Notes: a model not told the origin generated them from the letters alone. 64,000 bases of DNA from Candidatus Poribacteria bacterium (GCA_965215015.1 OZ244042.1:5063354-5127353), one strand, 5' to 3'. Counted from the stretch's first letter, positions 49,664 to 59,588 are shown. Numbers and translations are program-made.

Positions 49664-51214
49664 ATGACAAAAGAAACGAAAGATTTCGCGCAAGGCGAGA
49701 GTGCCGCTATCGCTAGAGACATCTCGGCGCAGGGCGATTGGGTGCCGCTGATTGATTGGTCCTCCACCTATCCCGGCAATCGTGGGGTCAATCGGGTGGG
49801 GCACTATGAACTGTACGACGCACCCGTTGGTGTCCGTATCACGATCGAGGAAGCGCAGAAAGTGGGACCAATACTTGCAGCAGATCAGGAGTGGGACGGA
49901 CGCGGTTCACTAGTGCCGCTCCGTATCTGGCGCGACGCGGAACGATACCATCTGCTCTATAGCTCACATCCGCGTGTAACGGGTTATCCGGGACTCGGCA
50001 GTGGGCATTACCTCTGCTACGCGACAAGCGAGGATGGCTATAACTGGACGTGTCCTCATCTGGGTCAAGTTGAATGGAAGGGATCAACCACCAACAACAT
50101 CATTGCGAACGGACCAACAGGCACGCCCTTTGAAGATCCACAAGCCCCTCCCGAAGAGCGGTTCAAAGCCATCGGTCAGGTTGGAGCCAATTTCGATCCC
50201 GACACCGAGGAGAGACTCGATCCACAGGAGGCTTACAACCGATGGCGCAGGCAGGAGTATGAAGGGGCCGCTTACAAGGGGCCGCGTATGACCTCTCGCC
50301 ACTGGGTAGAGGGTTGGACTTCACCGGATGGTATCCATTGGAAAAGCGTAGGTCAGCTGGGGGATATGAGCTCTGATGGCGGCAGTGCAGCCCAATACGA
50401 TCCGGATACCCACAGCTATTTCGCGTACATCCGGGTTGGCGGGATGGGACGGCGGGCGACTGGTTTGACTCGCACTACGGATTTTTGGCATTGGCCCCAC
50501 GCTGAACTGTGTCTCTTTCCGGATCCGCAGGACCCGCCGGATGTGTCGTTTTATGGCTGCAGCTACTTCCGCTATCCAACTGACAAACGCCTGCACGGTG
50601 CCTTCGTGGAAATCTACCATCAGGTAACGGATCATAATGATGCACAGATTGCGTTTACCCGCGACATGACGCACTGGTACCGCCCGGAACGTCGATCGAT
50701 TATCCCATGTGGTCCATCCGGTAGCCCCGACTCAGGTGGAGCAAGACCTTGGGGTGGGCTTTTTGAGCTGCCCGATGGCTATTGGGCAACGATGTATCGT
50801 GGACACACATCGCTTCACAACTACCGAGAAAGCGAACCAGCCATCGAACCCAAACCGGGTGTGCTGATGCTCGCCCGCTGGTTGCCGCATCGATTCTGCG
50901 GTATCGAAGCGGAAATGGAAGGGCGATTCACCATTCCGACTGTCAAACACCGCAACAACGAGTTGCGTCTCAACTACCGGTGCCGCAACGGCGGCTATAT
51001 CGCTTGTGAGTTGATTCGGGGGGTGCCCTCGCGAATCCATCCTGACGCAGATCCAATCCCCGGTTACTCCTTTGCGGAGAGCAATCTGCTAACCGGCGAT
51101 GAACTCAGTCGATCAGTCACATGGAGAGGCAAGAGCGATATATCGGGTATCGGTGGAAGCCTCGCGATACGGCTGCGTATGTTTCAGGCAAAAGTGTTTG
51201 CCTATTCTGTCTGA
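49664..51214 (+). CDS. Hypothetical protein, possible 5-bladed beta-propeller glycoside-hydrolase-like fold
   Basis: Trp/Asp-rich repeated blades (WTSPDGIHW, FTRDMTHWYRP); start at ATG 49664 with GGAGG 6 nt upstream. Weak family evidence. Confidence 0.3.
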   Translation: MTKETKDFAQGESAAIARDISAQGDWVPLIDWSSTYPGNRGVNRVGHYELYDAPVGVRITIEEAQKVGPILAADQEWDGRGSLVPLRIWRDAERYHLLYSSHPRVTGYPGLGSGHYLCYATSEDGYNWTCPHLGQVEWKGSTTNNIIANGPTGTPFEDPQAPPEERFKAIGQVGANFDPDTEERLDPQEAYNRWRRQEYEGAAYKGPRMTSRHWVEGWTSPDGIHWKSVGQLGDMSSDGGSAAQYDPDTHSYFAYIRVGGMGRRATGLTRTTDFWHWPHAELCLFPDPQDPPDVSFYGCSYFRYPTDKRLHGAFVEIYHQVTDHNDAQIAFTRDMTHWYRPERRSIIPCGPSGSPDSGGARPWGGLFELPDGYWATMYRGHTSLHNYRESEPAIEPKPGVLMLARWLPHRFCGIEAEMEGRFTIPTVKHRNNELRLNYRCRNGGYIACELIRGVPSRIHPDADPIPGYSFAESNLLTGDELSRSVTWRGKSDISGIGGSLAIRLRMFQAKVFAYSV

Positions 51215-51407
51215 ATAGGTATGCTGCGGCCTAAATTCAAATGCTCAACTACTTGAGGGAGGTGCGCCATTATTGTCTGAATCACGGATTCGACAGATTG
51301 AGCGAAAAACATGGATAATCCAATAGGGCAACCATGAGGGTTGCCCTCCTGTAGGTCAATTTTCCAAAATCGAAAAGACCGAGAACATTGCGCTATAGAA
51401 TACCGGA

Positions 51408-51556
51408 CACTGTTACGCCACACGATTGGCTCAATCCGCCCGGCACATTACGCGAGAGTCCGGGTGTTTTGTCGAGCTATGAATCTCGACCAACTAACAG
51501 CATTTGTGGAATTGGCGGCAGTAAGATGTCAACACGCCCTAGCAACTTGAGTTAAT
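51408..51556. repeat. Dispersed ~150-bp noncoding repeat (copy 1), second copy at 54698-54816
   Basis: TTACGCCACACGATTGGCTCAATCCGCCCGGCACATTACG...TAGCAACTTGAGTTAAT vs TTGCGTCACACGATTGGCTCAAGCCGCCCGGAACGTTACA...TAGCAACTTGAGTTATT, ~80 percent identical. Fragments of the GGATTGAGCCAACCGGGCGG core also at 32455 (rc) and 59745. Confidence 0.7.
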
Positions 51557-51572
51557 AAATCTAAACGTTCGA

Positions 51573-52313
51573 CTACTTGGGACCGTCCAACAACCCTCGC
51601 AGTACCGGCAGGTCCGTTTTGTACGCATCAACGGTCGAGTTTGGAGCACTGTTATCCTCGGGATGTGGCGTCGGGTTGCTCCACCCCTGATAATGTCCAC
51701 CCCACAGGTGCCGTAGTTCGGAAGAACTCCCGCGCTTGGAGCAATGCCATACAGCAGTGTCAAAGATGACCGCCGATCCCGGCGGAACCACAACCTCCAC
51801 CTGTCCTTCCCATTCCGACCCAACATCGCCTTTTGGCTCGACCGAATGGTTTAGACCACGCGGTAGAACGATTAAGGGGCCAATGTGGGAACCGGATCCA
51901 TCCACGTAGATATTGCAGAGCACCCGCTCCGGATTCTCCCGCTGAAGCCCTGTCGGGGGAATCTCCCATGCATAGTGAACGTGCCAGTTGGTGAGGGTTT
52001 CTCCTACGAGCGCGTTGTTAAAAACAGCAGCACCGCTGTGTGCAAGGCGAACATCATCCTGAAAGACCTCTGCCATAGCATCTACAACAACCGCCTTTGC
52101 AAAGAAAGGGGACATCTTCGGCCCCCACTCTAAGAGCGGGTGAAAACTGATAGTTGGACGCTCGGACGAAAAACCGTTCTTGTCGTCACACAATTGCTTG
52201 AAAATAGTACGCATCTGTTCGCATTCCCGGTTATCATAGACTGACTCAAGCACACAATAGCCGCGTTCAATAATTTCACGCGCTTTCGATTTCAGGTCAA
52301 ACATTGTGAACAC
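51573..52313 (-). CDS. Phytanoyl-CoA dioxygenase (PhyH) family Fe(II)/2OG oxygenase
   Basis: WHVHYAW...; LIVLPRGLNHS; AVIFDTAVWHCS, the PhyH-type fold pattern. Confidence 0.7.
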   Translation of the reverse strand: MFTMFDLKSKAREIIERGYCVLESVYDNRECEQMRTIFKQLCDDKNGFSSERPTISFHPLLEWGPKMSPFFAKAVVVDAMAEVFQDDVRLAHSGAAVFNNALVGETLTNWHVHYAWEIPPTGLQRENPERVLCNIYVDGSGSHIGPLIVLPRGLNHSVEPKGDVGSEWEGQVEVVVPPGSAVIFDTAVWHCSKRGSSSELRHLWGGHYQGWSNPTPHPEDNSAPNSTVDAYKTDLPVLRGLLDGPK

Positions 52314-52462
52314 CTCCCGATTGAAAATTTAATACAGCATAGCACGGCATGGTGGCTGCGTCAATTGCCAAACGAAAAAGCTGGATTTGTGTTGAGTAAG
52401 TGCCACAGGTATGATAAGATGGCAGACATTCGCGGATTGATAGTTGAGCGAGGAGAATCGTT

Positions 52463-53290
52463 GTGATAACAACAGAACAGATTGCCCACTTCCAGACGTT
52501 CGGCTTTTTGGCATTGAAACAAGCGTTCTCTTTCGACGAGATGGCGGAGATTAGCCGGATTTTCGACAACATCCTTGAGGAAGACCGGCAGGGTCAGCCC
52601 TCCCTAGACGAGAAGCAGCAGTCAAGATACCATCGGCTACAGTCAATCTATGGGATTGCTGGGAGAGACCCGTTGCTGACAGGACTTGTGGCAGATGACC
52701 GTATTTACGAGACTGTCTCCCAGTTGTTGGGACACGGCTGCCGCTGGCTCTGCTCTGAGGGACACCGCTACCTTGGGGATACGAAATGGCATCCAGATGG
52801 GGGGAGCACCCAAGACTACCCATTTATAAAGGTTTCATTGTATCTTGATCCACTCATGAAAGATACCGGCTGCTTACGTGTAATCCCCGGTTCGCACCGG
52901 TCGCCGTTGCACGATGCCCTGAAAAAATTGGCAGACCGGGAGGGACCTGCAGATCGATCGACTCCACGGATTGATGTCCCCGGAACCGAGGTGCCGTCCT
53001 TTCCGCTCGAATCAAAGCCCGGAGACATCTTTTTCTTAAACATGAATCTCTGGCACGCCTCATTTGGCGGTAAACCCGGCAGGCGTCACCTAGCGTTAAA
53101 TTTCACACCTGAACCGACACATCCAGAACATATCGCAATGCTGAAGAAGGACTATCAAGGTGTCCTGAACTTGATGAAACAGGTACAGCCCGGACAGCCG
53201 GGGCGGGTGTTTTCAGATGCTTTCCTCCAGAGCGATAATCAGCGTATTCAGCAGCTGGTGTCCACTTGGGTGGAGTTGGGATTGAAATAA
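52463..53290 (+). CDS. Phytanoyl-CoA dioxygenase (PhyH) family protein
   Basis: KWHPDGG; LRVIPGSHRSP; IFFLNMNLWHAS. Confidence 0.7.
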   Translation: MITTEQIAHFQTFGFLALKQAFSFDEMAEISRIFDNILEEDRQGQPSLDEKQQSRYHRLQSIYGIAGRDPLLTGLVADDRIYETVSQLLGHGCRWLCSEGHRYLGDTKWHPDGGSTQDYPFIKVSLYLDPLMKDTGCLRVIPGSHRSPLHDALKKLADREGPADRSTPRIDVPGTEVPSFPLESKPGDIFFLNMNLWHASFGGKPGRRHLALNFTPEPTHPEHIAMLKKDYQGVLNLMKQVQPGQPGRVFSDAFLQSDNQRIQQLVSTWVELGLK

Positions 53291-53372
53291 TTCGTAAGTG
53301 TAGGGAACGTAGATCTGTGTTCCCTACACAATTGATATAGGATTTATATAACCATTTCATCTGCTAAAAACT

Positions 53373-54338
53373 ATGCAATATACAACACTCGGTAAGACAG
53401 GGCTTCAGGTAAGTGTGGCGGGACTTGGCTGCGGTGGATATAGCCGGTTGGGTCTGGCGACCGGCAGAAGTAAGGTTCAATCTATTGCCCTAGTCCAACA
53501 AGCCATTGACCAAGGGGTCAACTTCATCGACACAGCCCGGACCTACCGCACAGAAGCCATCGTTGGTAAGGCATTAAAGGAACGGAATCGGGACGAATTA
53601 GTGATTTCGACCAAGACTACGCTCGCTGATGACACAGGTCGAAAACCACCGGCGCAGGTGGTCAGAGAATTGGAAGCCTCTTTGCGGAAGATGGATCTGA
53701 ATTTTGTAGATGTGTTTCATCTGCACGGCGTTCAACCTTCGGGCTACGACCATGCTGTCGAAAAAATAGTTCCTGCGCTGCTGCGGGAGCGAGAAAAAGG
53801 GAAATTCTGCTTTCTCGGTATCACGGAGGTTCCCCCCAAAGACCCCCATCACCAGACGCTTGAACGGGCGGTTCAACAGGACTGCTTCGATGTGGTGATG
53901 GTCGCTTTCCACCTTATGCACCAATCAGCACGCGAGAAGGTTTTCAAATACACGCTCCCGAAAGGGATAGGTGTGTTGAATATGTTTGCCGTGCGACTGT
54001 TGTTCAGCCAGCCGGGCAGATTGAATCGGGTGGTTACACAATTAGCGGAAGAGAGAAAATTGCCCGCTTGGCTGGCGGGAACAGAGGATTCGCTCGGTTT
54101 TTTGATTCACCCGGACGGTGCTCGCACGATTATTGACGCAGCATACCGGTATTGCCGTCATGAACCCGGTACGGACGTGATACTCTTCGGCACAGGCAGC
54201 CCAACCCATCTGCGGTCGAATATCGATTCCATTCTGAGCGGTCCTTTGCCAGCAGCCGATCTCGGACGGATTAAAGAGCTGTTTGGGGCATTAGTGGATG
54301 TCGGTCTAGATGCGCCGGGGAAGCAGCGTCCCACTTGA
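53373..54338 (+). CDS. Aldo/keto reductase
   Basis: MQYTTLGKTGLQVSVAGLGCGG...GVNFIDTARTYRTEAIVGKAL. Confidence 0.8.
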   Translation: MQYTTLGKTGLQVSVAGLGCGGYSRLGLATGRSKVQSIALVQQAIDQGVNFIDTARTYRTEAIVGKALKERNRDELVISTKTTLADDTGRKPPAQVVRELEASLRKMDLNFVDVFHLHGVQPSGYDHAVEKIVPALLREREKGKFCFLGITEVPPKDPHHQTLERAVQQDCFDVVMVAFHLMHQSAREKVFKYTLPKGIGVLNMFAVRLLFSQPGRLNRVVTQLAEERKLPAWLAGTEDSLGFLIHPDGARTIIDAAYRYCRHEPGTDVILFGTGSPTHLRSNIDSILSGPLPAADLGRIKELFGALVDVGLDAPGKQRPT

Positions 54339-54508
54339 AATCAATCTTTGTACCTTCCCACCAAATTTGTCTCACGGGCCTCCTTTATTCTGTTAAATAG
54401 CGTACTCTTAACTATACATCTGTCGTCCCATACCGATGCTGCAATCAGGATTTTACTGCGCTCAACTTGAGGGGATTGGGGACAATCGGTTTTTGGTAGA
54501 TTAACCAA

Positions 54509-54663
54509 AGTAGTAGGCACGTCCCCCTCGAATCCCGAATCCCTACACAGTTCTTTTCCCCTGCTTTGCCCTCCCCCTGCTTGCGGGGGGACTGAGGGGG
54601 TGGGGTTCTTAGGCGGGCTTAGCGGGCGGAAGGGGGGACGGCATACGAAGCATGCCTACTACT
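54509..54663. repeat. MITE/REP-like structured repeat with perfect 11-bp terminal inverted repeats (AGTAGTAGGCA...TGCCTACTACT)
   Basis: Internal hairpins GGCACG..., CCCCCTGCTTGCGGGGGG and GGCATACGAAGCATGCC. Related copies/fragments at 32609-32706, 39578-39716, 44525-44550, 57391-57429, 59780-59925, and in opposite orientation within 3859-4208. Confidence 0.7.
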
Positions 54664-54910
54664 AGCAACACACTATGGGGCGACAAAATACCCCGAACTA
54701 TTGCGTCACACGATTGGCTCAAGCCGCCCGGAACGTTACATTATAGTCCGGGTGTTTATGGCTTGGATATGTCTATCCAAGCCGATCGGATTTGACTATT
54801 AGCAACTTGAGTTATTAGAATTTACTTGCAGCGTATCAAAATCTGATATAGAATTGGGATATTGTTAAAAATTTTTAGGGAAATTGATTTGCGATTTCAA
54901 GGAGTGATTT

Positions 54911-55864
54911 ATGGCGACAAACGCAACATTATCCATACCGCGCCGCCGTTTGGGACGGACAGAGCTGAGTATCCCCGTCGTTCCCTTTGGGACACAGGGG
55001 TTCGGTAACCATTTCGGTTTTGTTTCCGATGAGGATGCCATCGTCCTCATCAAACACGCCATCAATATCGGTGTTAACCATTTCGACTGTGCCCGCTGCT
55101 ATGGAGATTCTCTCCGTAAACTCGGCCTGGCGTTGAAGGAGATACCACGCGAGGATGTGATAATTACCGGGCGCCTTTGCTGCCATTCCGCAGCAGAATG
55201 GGGAGGTTACGGGGAGGGAAGCCCCGATTATTCTGCCGACCGTGTGATTGCGGATGTCGAAGATCAGCTACAGTTGCTCGGTACAGACTATTTCGACGGT
55301 ATGCTGATTCATGATCCGTCCGAAATTGAGCCAACGCTTGAGAAGGGGGGAACGTTAGACGGTGTGCTACAGTGCAAAGGGTCGGGGTTGGTTCATTTTG
55401 TCGGCTACGGGATGCGCCCCCACGATTTCCATCTGAAGGCTATTGCCACCGGCGACGTCGATCTCCTCTTGTGCTTTAACGATTACAACTTAGTCCGGCA
55501 GACCGCCGCGGATACCGTTCTGCCGGCCGCCGCCGAAGCCGATGTCGGCATTATGAACGGTTGGTCAATTCTGCGTGGGTTGCTGACAGGGGTTGACATT
55601 GACGCGGAAGTAGAACAAGGGCGATGGAACAATCACCCCGACCTTGAATCTGCAAGGGCGAGATGGAAGTGGTGCCAAGAAGAAGGAATAGATTTGCTCC
55701 AATTAGCTCTTCAGTTTTGCCTGCGGGACGATCGGATTCATGGCAACAACATCGGTTCGCTCAACATCGAGCAGTTGGAAGCAAACGTGCGGGCGGCGAG
55801 TACGCCTCTCACCGACGAGGTATGGGAAAAATATGACGCGCAGTTCGGTGATGAGATGAACTGA
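54911..55864 (+). CDS. Aldo/keto reductase
   Basis: LGRTELSIPVVPFGTQGFG...GVNHFDCARCYGDSLRKLGLAL. Confidence 0.75.
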   Translation: MATNATLSIPRRRLGRTELSIPVVPFGTQGFGNHFGFVSDEDAIVLIKHAINIGVNHFDCARCYGDSLRKLGLALKEIPREDVIITGRLCCHSAAEWGGYGEGSPDYSADRVIADVEDQLQLLGTDYFDGMLIHDPSEIEPTLEKGGTLDGVLQCKGSGLVHFVGYGMRPHDFHLKAIATGDVDLLLCFNDYNLVRQTAADTVLPAAAEADVGIMNGWSILRGLLTGVDIDAEVEQGRWNNHPDLESARARWKWCQEEGIDLLQLALQFCLRDDRIHGNNIGSLNIEQLEANVRAASTPLTDEVWEKYDAQFGDEMN

Positions 55865-55904
55865 TTTTCGTCTCTCATAGGACAGCTCTGTCGAGGTAAA
55901 ACCG

Positions 55905-56657
55905 ATGACTTCGCCCTCTCATTCATGGGATTTCCCACCAAAGACACTTATATTACCAAACAACGCCGTTCACGTTTGGCGGGCCTCTTTGCATGCCTCT
56001 GCCTCCTACCTGCATACCCTTGAGAGCAAGCTCACGGCGGACGAGCGTGCAAGAGCCGAACGATTCTACTTCCAGCAACACCGGGAACACTTTATCGCCG
56101 GGCGCGGGCTGCTGCGGAATATCCTGAGCCGTTATCTGGATAGGGAACCGAATCAGCTGCGCTTTTGTTATAATTCTTACGGAAAGCCAGCCTTGATCGA
56201 AGAGACTGACACTGAAAGACTGTGCTTCAACTTGTCTCACTCCCACGGAATAGCTCTCTACGCCATCACCCGCGGACGGGAAATCGGTATCGATATCGAG
56301 TATTTTCGTTGTGATATTGAAGCCGAGAAACTCGCTGATAGATTCTTCTCACCACGAGAGGCGACTGTCCTCCGCGCTCTCCCTGAACACTTGCGGAAAG
56401 AGGGATTCTTTAACTGTTGGACGCGCAAGGAAGCCTATATCAAGGCAGAAGGAAAGGGACTTTCCATCCCTTTGAATGCGTTCGATGTTTCGCTGATGCC
56501 GGGGGAGCCAGCAGCATTGCTGCGTACCCAAAAGCATCCCCAAGAAGCTGCCTGTTGGTCTCTGCAAGCGTTAAACCCTGCGCCCGGTTACGCAGCGGCA
56601 CTTGCGGTGAAGGGACATGACTGGGAACTGAAATGTTGGCGATGGTCCCCAGCGTAG
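55905..56657 (+). CDS. 4'-phosphopantetheinyl transferase, Sfp/HetI type
   Basis: VHVWRASL...; FNLSHSHGIALYAI; GIDIEYF; WTRKEAYIKAEGKGLS (Sfp-type motifs). Confidence 0.8.
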   Translation: MTSPSHSWDFPPKTLILPNNAVHVWRASLHASASYLHTLESKLTADERARAERFYFQQHREHFIAGRGLLRNILSRYLDREPNQLRFCYNSYGKPALIEETDTERLCFNLSHSHGIALYAITRGREIGIDIEYFRCDIEAEKLADRFFSPREATVLRALPEHLRKEGFFNCWTRKEAYIKAEGKGLSIPLNAFDVSLMPGEPAALLRTQKHPQEAACWSLQALNPAPGYAAALAVKGHDWELKCWRWSPA

Positions 56658-56853
56658 GTGGTATGCGTTGGTGGCATGTATCAATAACAGACCTACTTGA
56701 CAATCACCCTCCGCTCCGTCGCAGTGAAATCCTCTATTTCCAACCGATAAAAGTAGACTCCCGTCGCAACACGCTCTCCCAACGTATTTCTCCCATCCCA
56801 ATGCGCCTCACAATTTCAGGAAAGATAAACCCCTGCCGGTTGTTGCCCGAGAT

Positions 56854-57390
56854 TCAAGGTGTGAACCCGCACCGGCGATGGGGTTGCAAGCTGATAGGGT
56901 ATCCACGTCTCGGGGTTGAGTGGATTGGGATAGTTGGGGAGTGGTGCGCCCCATCGTAACTGGCGGCAACAGTATCCCGACTAAAAATTATGCGCCGATA
57001 TGGCAGAGATAACTCTGCAACCAGTCGTCTGGCCCGTGTATCCCAAATCTGCACCGCAGGCGCGTAAGTATCCCCATCGGGACCACGAACACTTGTTGTG
57101 AACCCCCTGGGGCTGCTGCATTCGTTCCCTTATCATAGTGCATCTCCGCGATAATTTCCGTTGTGGCGATGTCCCGAACGCGAGCAACACCCCTAGCTAT
57201 AACAAAGTATCTACCATCATCGCTAAATCCGATCTGGATTGGATGACCGTGGCCTTCAAACCTGCCACTTAACTTTCCAGTGTCTACCTCCCAACACCGC
57301 ACATTTGCGGAACGATACTGTATGCCAAATCATCGATACGACCTTCACCCCCGGTCAGCGTCTCAACTACCTGTCCCGTAATGTACATTA
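56854..57390 (-). pseudogene. Degraded WD40-repeat gene fragments
   Basis: Minus-strand fragments RCWEVDTGKLSGRFEGHGHPIQIGFSDDGRYFV, QIWDTRARRLVAEL, LTGGEGRIDDLAYS are WD40 blades in different frames interrupted by stops. Confidence 0.35.
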
Positions 57391-57503
57391 GGTTACGGCA
57401 TACGGAGTATGCCTACTACTAGCAACTTGCGTTAAAATAAAAAAAGCCGTCTCAAAGAAATCACCTCAAGACGGCTTTTCTATTTTTCGTAGGGAATAAT
57501 CCA

Positions 57504-58061
57504 CTATTTGATCGCGGCCCTCGCCGCAAGTATGTCCTTCCCGCGTCCTTGTTCTTGCAGTGCAATCAAGGTCTGTAACGTTTTCCTCAGTTCTTGACGA
57601 TAGCTATAGCTGAAAACCACAAATTGGGCCTGTTGTTCAACAGTCAAGATCTGGTTAATTTCGTCCATGATCTTTTGTCTTTCGGCAATGAACCCATTCT
57701 CGACTTCGCGGTGATGTGTTAAGGCGGTTTGTAACTCAACCTGTGCTGTCTTAGAGTCAACCGGGGTGGCTTGTAATTGCTTTAGTAGGTTCATACTTCG
57801 CCGGTGTTCCTGCCTATACCGCATTTTTAACTTTTCCAGTTTGTTGAACTGGCTTAATAAAGGCAGCTTTTGCTCTGCCGTTGGTGAAACTGCATCAACC
57901 AACTTCCAAATTTTGAGGGTTTCAACCAATTCAGCTATCTCGCTCTCGCTTGGCGTTGTCGGTCGGGAAGCCGGTGTGTCTGCTTTGATGAACGGAATCA
58001 AGAACACCAGCGCGAGCACTACAGGGATTACCAAAAGCAATGGTAGATAACGACGTTTCAT
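57504..58061 (-). CDS. Periplasmic LTXXQ-motif (Spy/CpxP-like) protein
   Basis: Signal peptide; ILTVEQQAQF LTXXQ motif; coiled-coil composition; last gene of the ECF sigma operon. Confidence 0.5.
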   Translation of the reverse strand: MKRRYLPLLLVIPVVLALVFLIPFIKADTPASRPTTPSESEIAELVETLKIWKLVDAVSPTAEQKLPLLSQFNKLEKLKMRYRQEHRRSMNLLKQLQATPVDSKTAQVELQTALTHHREVENGFIAERQKIMDEINQILTVEQQAQFVVFSYSYRQELRKTLQTLIALQEQGRGKDILAARAAIK

Positions 58062-58088
58062 AGATAGTATCCTCCTTTGAAAGTTTTT

Positions 58089-58754
58089 TTACTCCAAGAC
58101 GGTAAAAGCAAATTGATCTGTCGTCGAAGGAACAGCATCAGTGAAAACCTCATCTCCAAAAGCTTCAACGTTGATTTCGGCATTAATGACATGGAACCAT
58201 TGGTTGACAAGGTCGGTGGATGCCTCCGAATTTGGCAGTCGAATTTCATCCACAAGTGAACTCCGGCTGTCCCAAATCGAAGGCACGTCTAGGCGTTGAA
58301 GTTCACGATTTAACTGTTCCCGCAACTGTTCTACAGGGATTTCAGCCATAAAACTTGGGGAAATGAGCACATCAAAAGTCGAGGCATCGGTTGAGGCTCT
58401 GAATAAGGGACTGTTGGAAAGTCCCCAGAAGCTTAAAAGGAGAACCAATACACAAGCCCCACCTGCCATTTTCCATCCTTGCCTCCTTACCCAAAGGAGA
58501 AGGTGATTTTCTTCAAATCCTTGACTCTGCGAAATTCTCATACGGAGAGTGGGCCAAAACGCTCTCCATGCCTCTGGCGTGGGATACTCTACCGGCAGAC
58601 TGCTAGCATGATGGATTGTTTCCTCAAAGATTTGCAATTCTTTTTCGCAGTGAGGGCAGGCGTCAATATGAAGTTCTAATTGCTGGGACCGTTTTGGATA
58701 TAACGTTCCCTCAATATATGCTGGTATTAATTTTTCGACTAATTTACATTTCAT
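58089..58754 (-). CDS. Anti-sigma factor (zinc-finger type) with TM segment
   Basis: N-terminal HIDACPHCEKE (H-x3-C-x2-C ZAS-like); central TM helix; immediately downstream of the ECF sigma gene. Confidence 0.55.
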   Translation of the reverse strand: MKCKLVEKLIPAYIEGTLYPKRSQQLELHIDACPHCEKELQIFEETIHHASSLPVEYPTPEAWRAFWPTLRMRISQSQGFEENHLLLWVRRQGWKMAGGACVLVLLLSFWGLSNSPLFRASTDASTFDVLISPSFMAEIPVEQLREQLNRELQRLDVPSIWDSRSSLVDEIRLPNSEASTDLVNQWFHVINAEINVEAFGDEVFTDAVPSTTDQFAFTVLE

Positions 58755-58760
58755 GAGGAA

Positions 58761-59336
58761 TCAATTTTCTTCTAAGTAAGGTACAAGTAGGTCTCGTAGT
58801 TTTCGCGTCGCGCTAAAGAGATGGGCTTTGACGCTTCCGACACGCAGATGGAGCACATCGGCAATTTCACGAAGTGCTAATCCTTCATAGTGCCTTAAAA
58901 TAAACACTTGCTTCTGGCGCGGAGACAACTGTTGGATGGCATTCCTAATTTCCCTTCCAAGCTCAGCCTGTTCTAAGCCCTGCATTGTAACATCTTCGAC
59001 ACCGCCTGAAGGGAATAGGAAATCATCAGCAGGAAATTCTTCGACAAAAGAGATATTTTTATGACTTGCCCGACGGCGTGTATAATCAATGCACGCATTT
59101 TTAGCAATCCGATAAATCCATGTGTAAAATGTGGATTTGCTTTCAAAGCGATTGAGTGCCTTGAAGCTTCTGAAGAAGATCTCCTGAGACAGATCGTACG
59201 CATCCTCCGGATGGTGAGTAAAGCTATAAGCAAGCTCGTAAATCCGTTTCTGATACTTCTGAACCAACTCACCAAAAGCACGGGTATCCCCGCACTGTGC
59301 TCTTTTAACGAGGTAGCGATCTGGATCTTCTTTCAT
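58761..59336 (-). CDS. RNA polymerase ECF sigma factor (sigma-70 regions 2 and 4)
   Basis: AFGELVQKYQKRIYELAYSF...DLSQEIFFRSFKAL (region 2); ILRHYEGLALREIADVL (region 4 HTH). Confidence 0.85.
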   Translation of the reverse strand: MKEDPDRYLVKRAQCGDTRAFGELVQKYQKRIYELAYSFTHHPEDAYDLSQEIFFRSFKALNRFESKSTFYTWIYRIAKNACIDYTRRRASHKNISFVEEFPADDFLFPSGGVEDVTMQGLEQAELGREIRNAIQQLSPRQKQVFILRHYEGLALREIADVLHLRVGSVKAHLFSATRKLRDLLVPYLEEN

Positions 59337-59461
59337 GGCGTTTGTCCCGTAGTAGACGCAGTAAAAAAAGAAAAGTTTAGGTAACTCCAGCTGAGCCTTA
59401 CAACCCGGCTAAGACCTGCGATAGTACAGAATTGAGACAGAGGGAGGGATAAGTACAGAAG

Positions 59462-59538
59462 TGGAGCCGGTGAGAGGATTTGAACCTCCGACCTGTTGAT
59501 TACGAATCAACCGCTCTGACCAACTGAGCTACACCGGC
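59462..59538 (-). tRNA. tRNA-Thr (anticodon CGT), CCA encoded
   Basis: Minus-strand GCCGGTG-TA-GCTCAGTTGGTCAGAGC-G-GTTGA-TTCGTAA-TCAAC-AGGTC-GGAGGTTCAAATCCTCT-CACCGGC-T-CCA; cloverleaf consistent, anticodon loop TTCGTAA. Confidence 0.85.
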
Positions 59539-59588
59539 ACATAAGAAAAACGGTCCCAACACAGATGATGAGACCGTAAGAATAGGGA

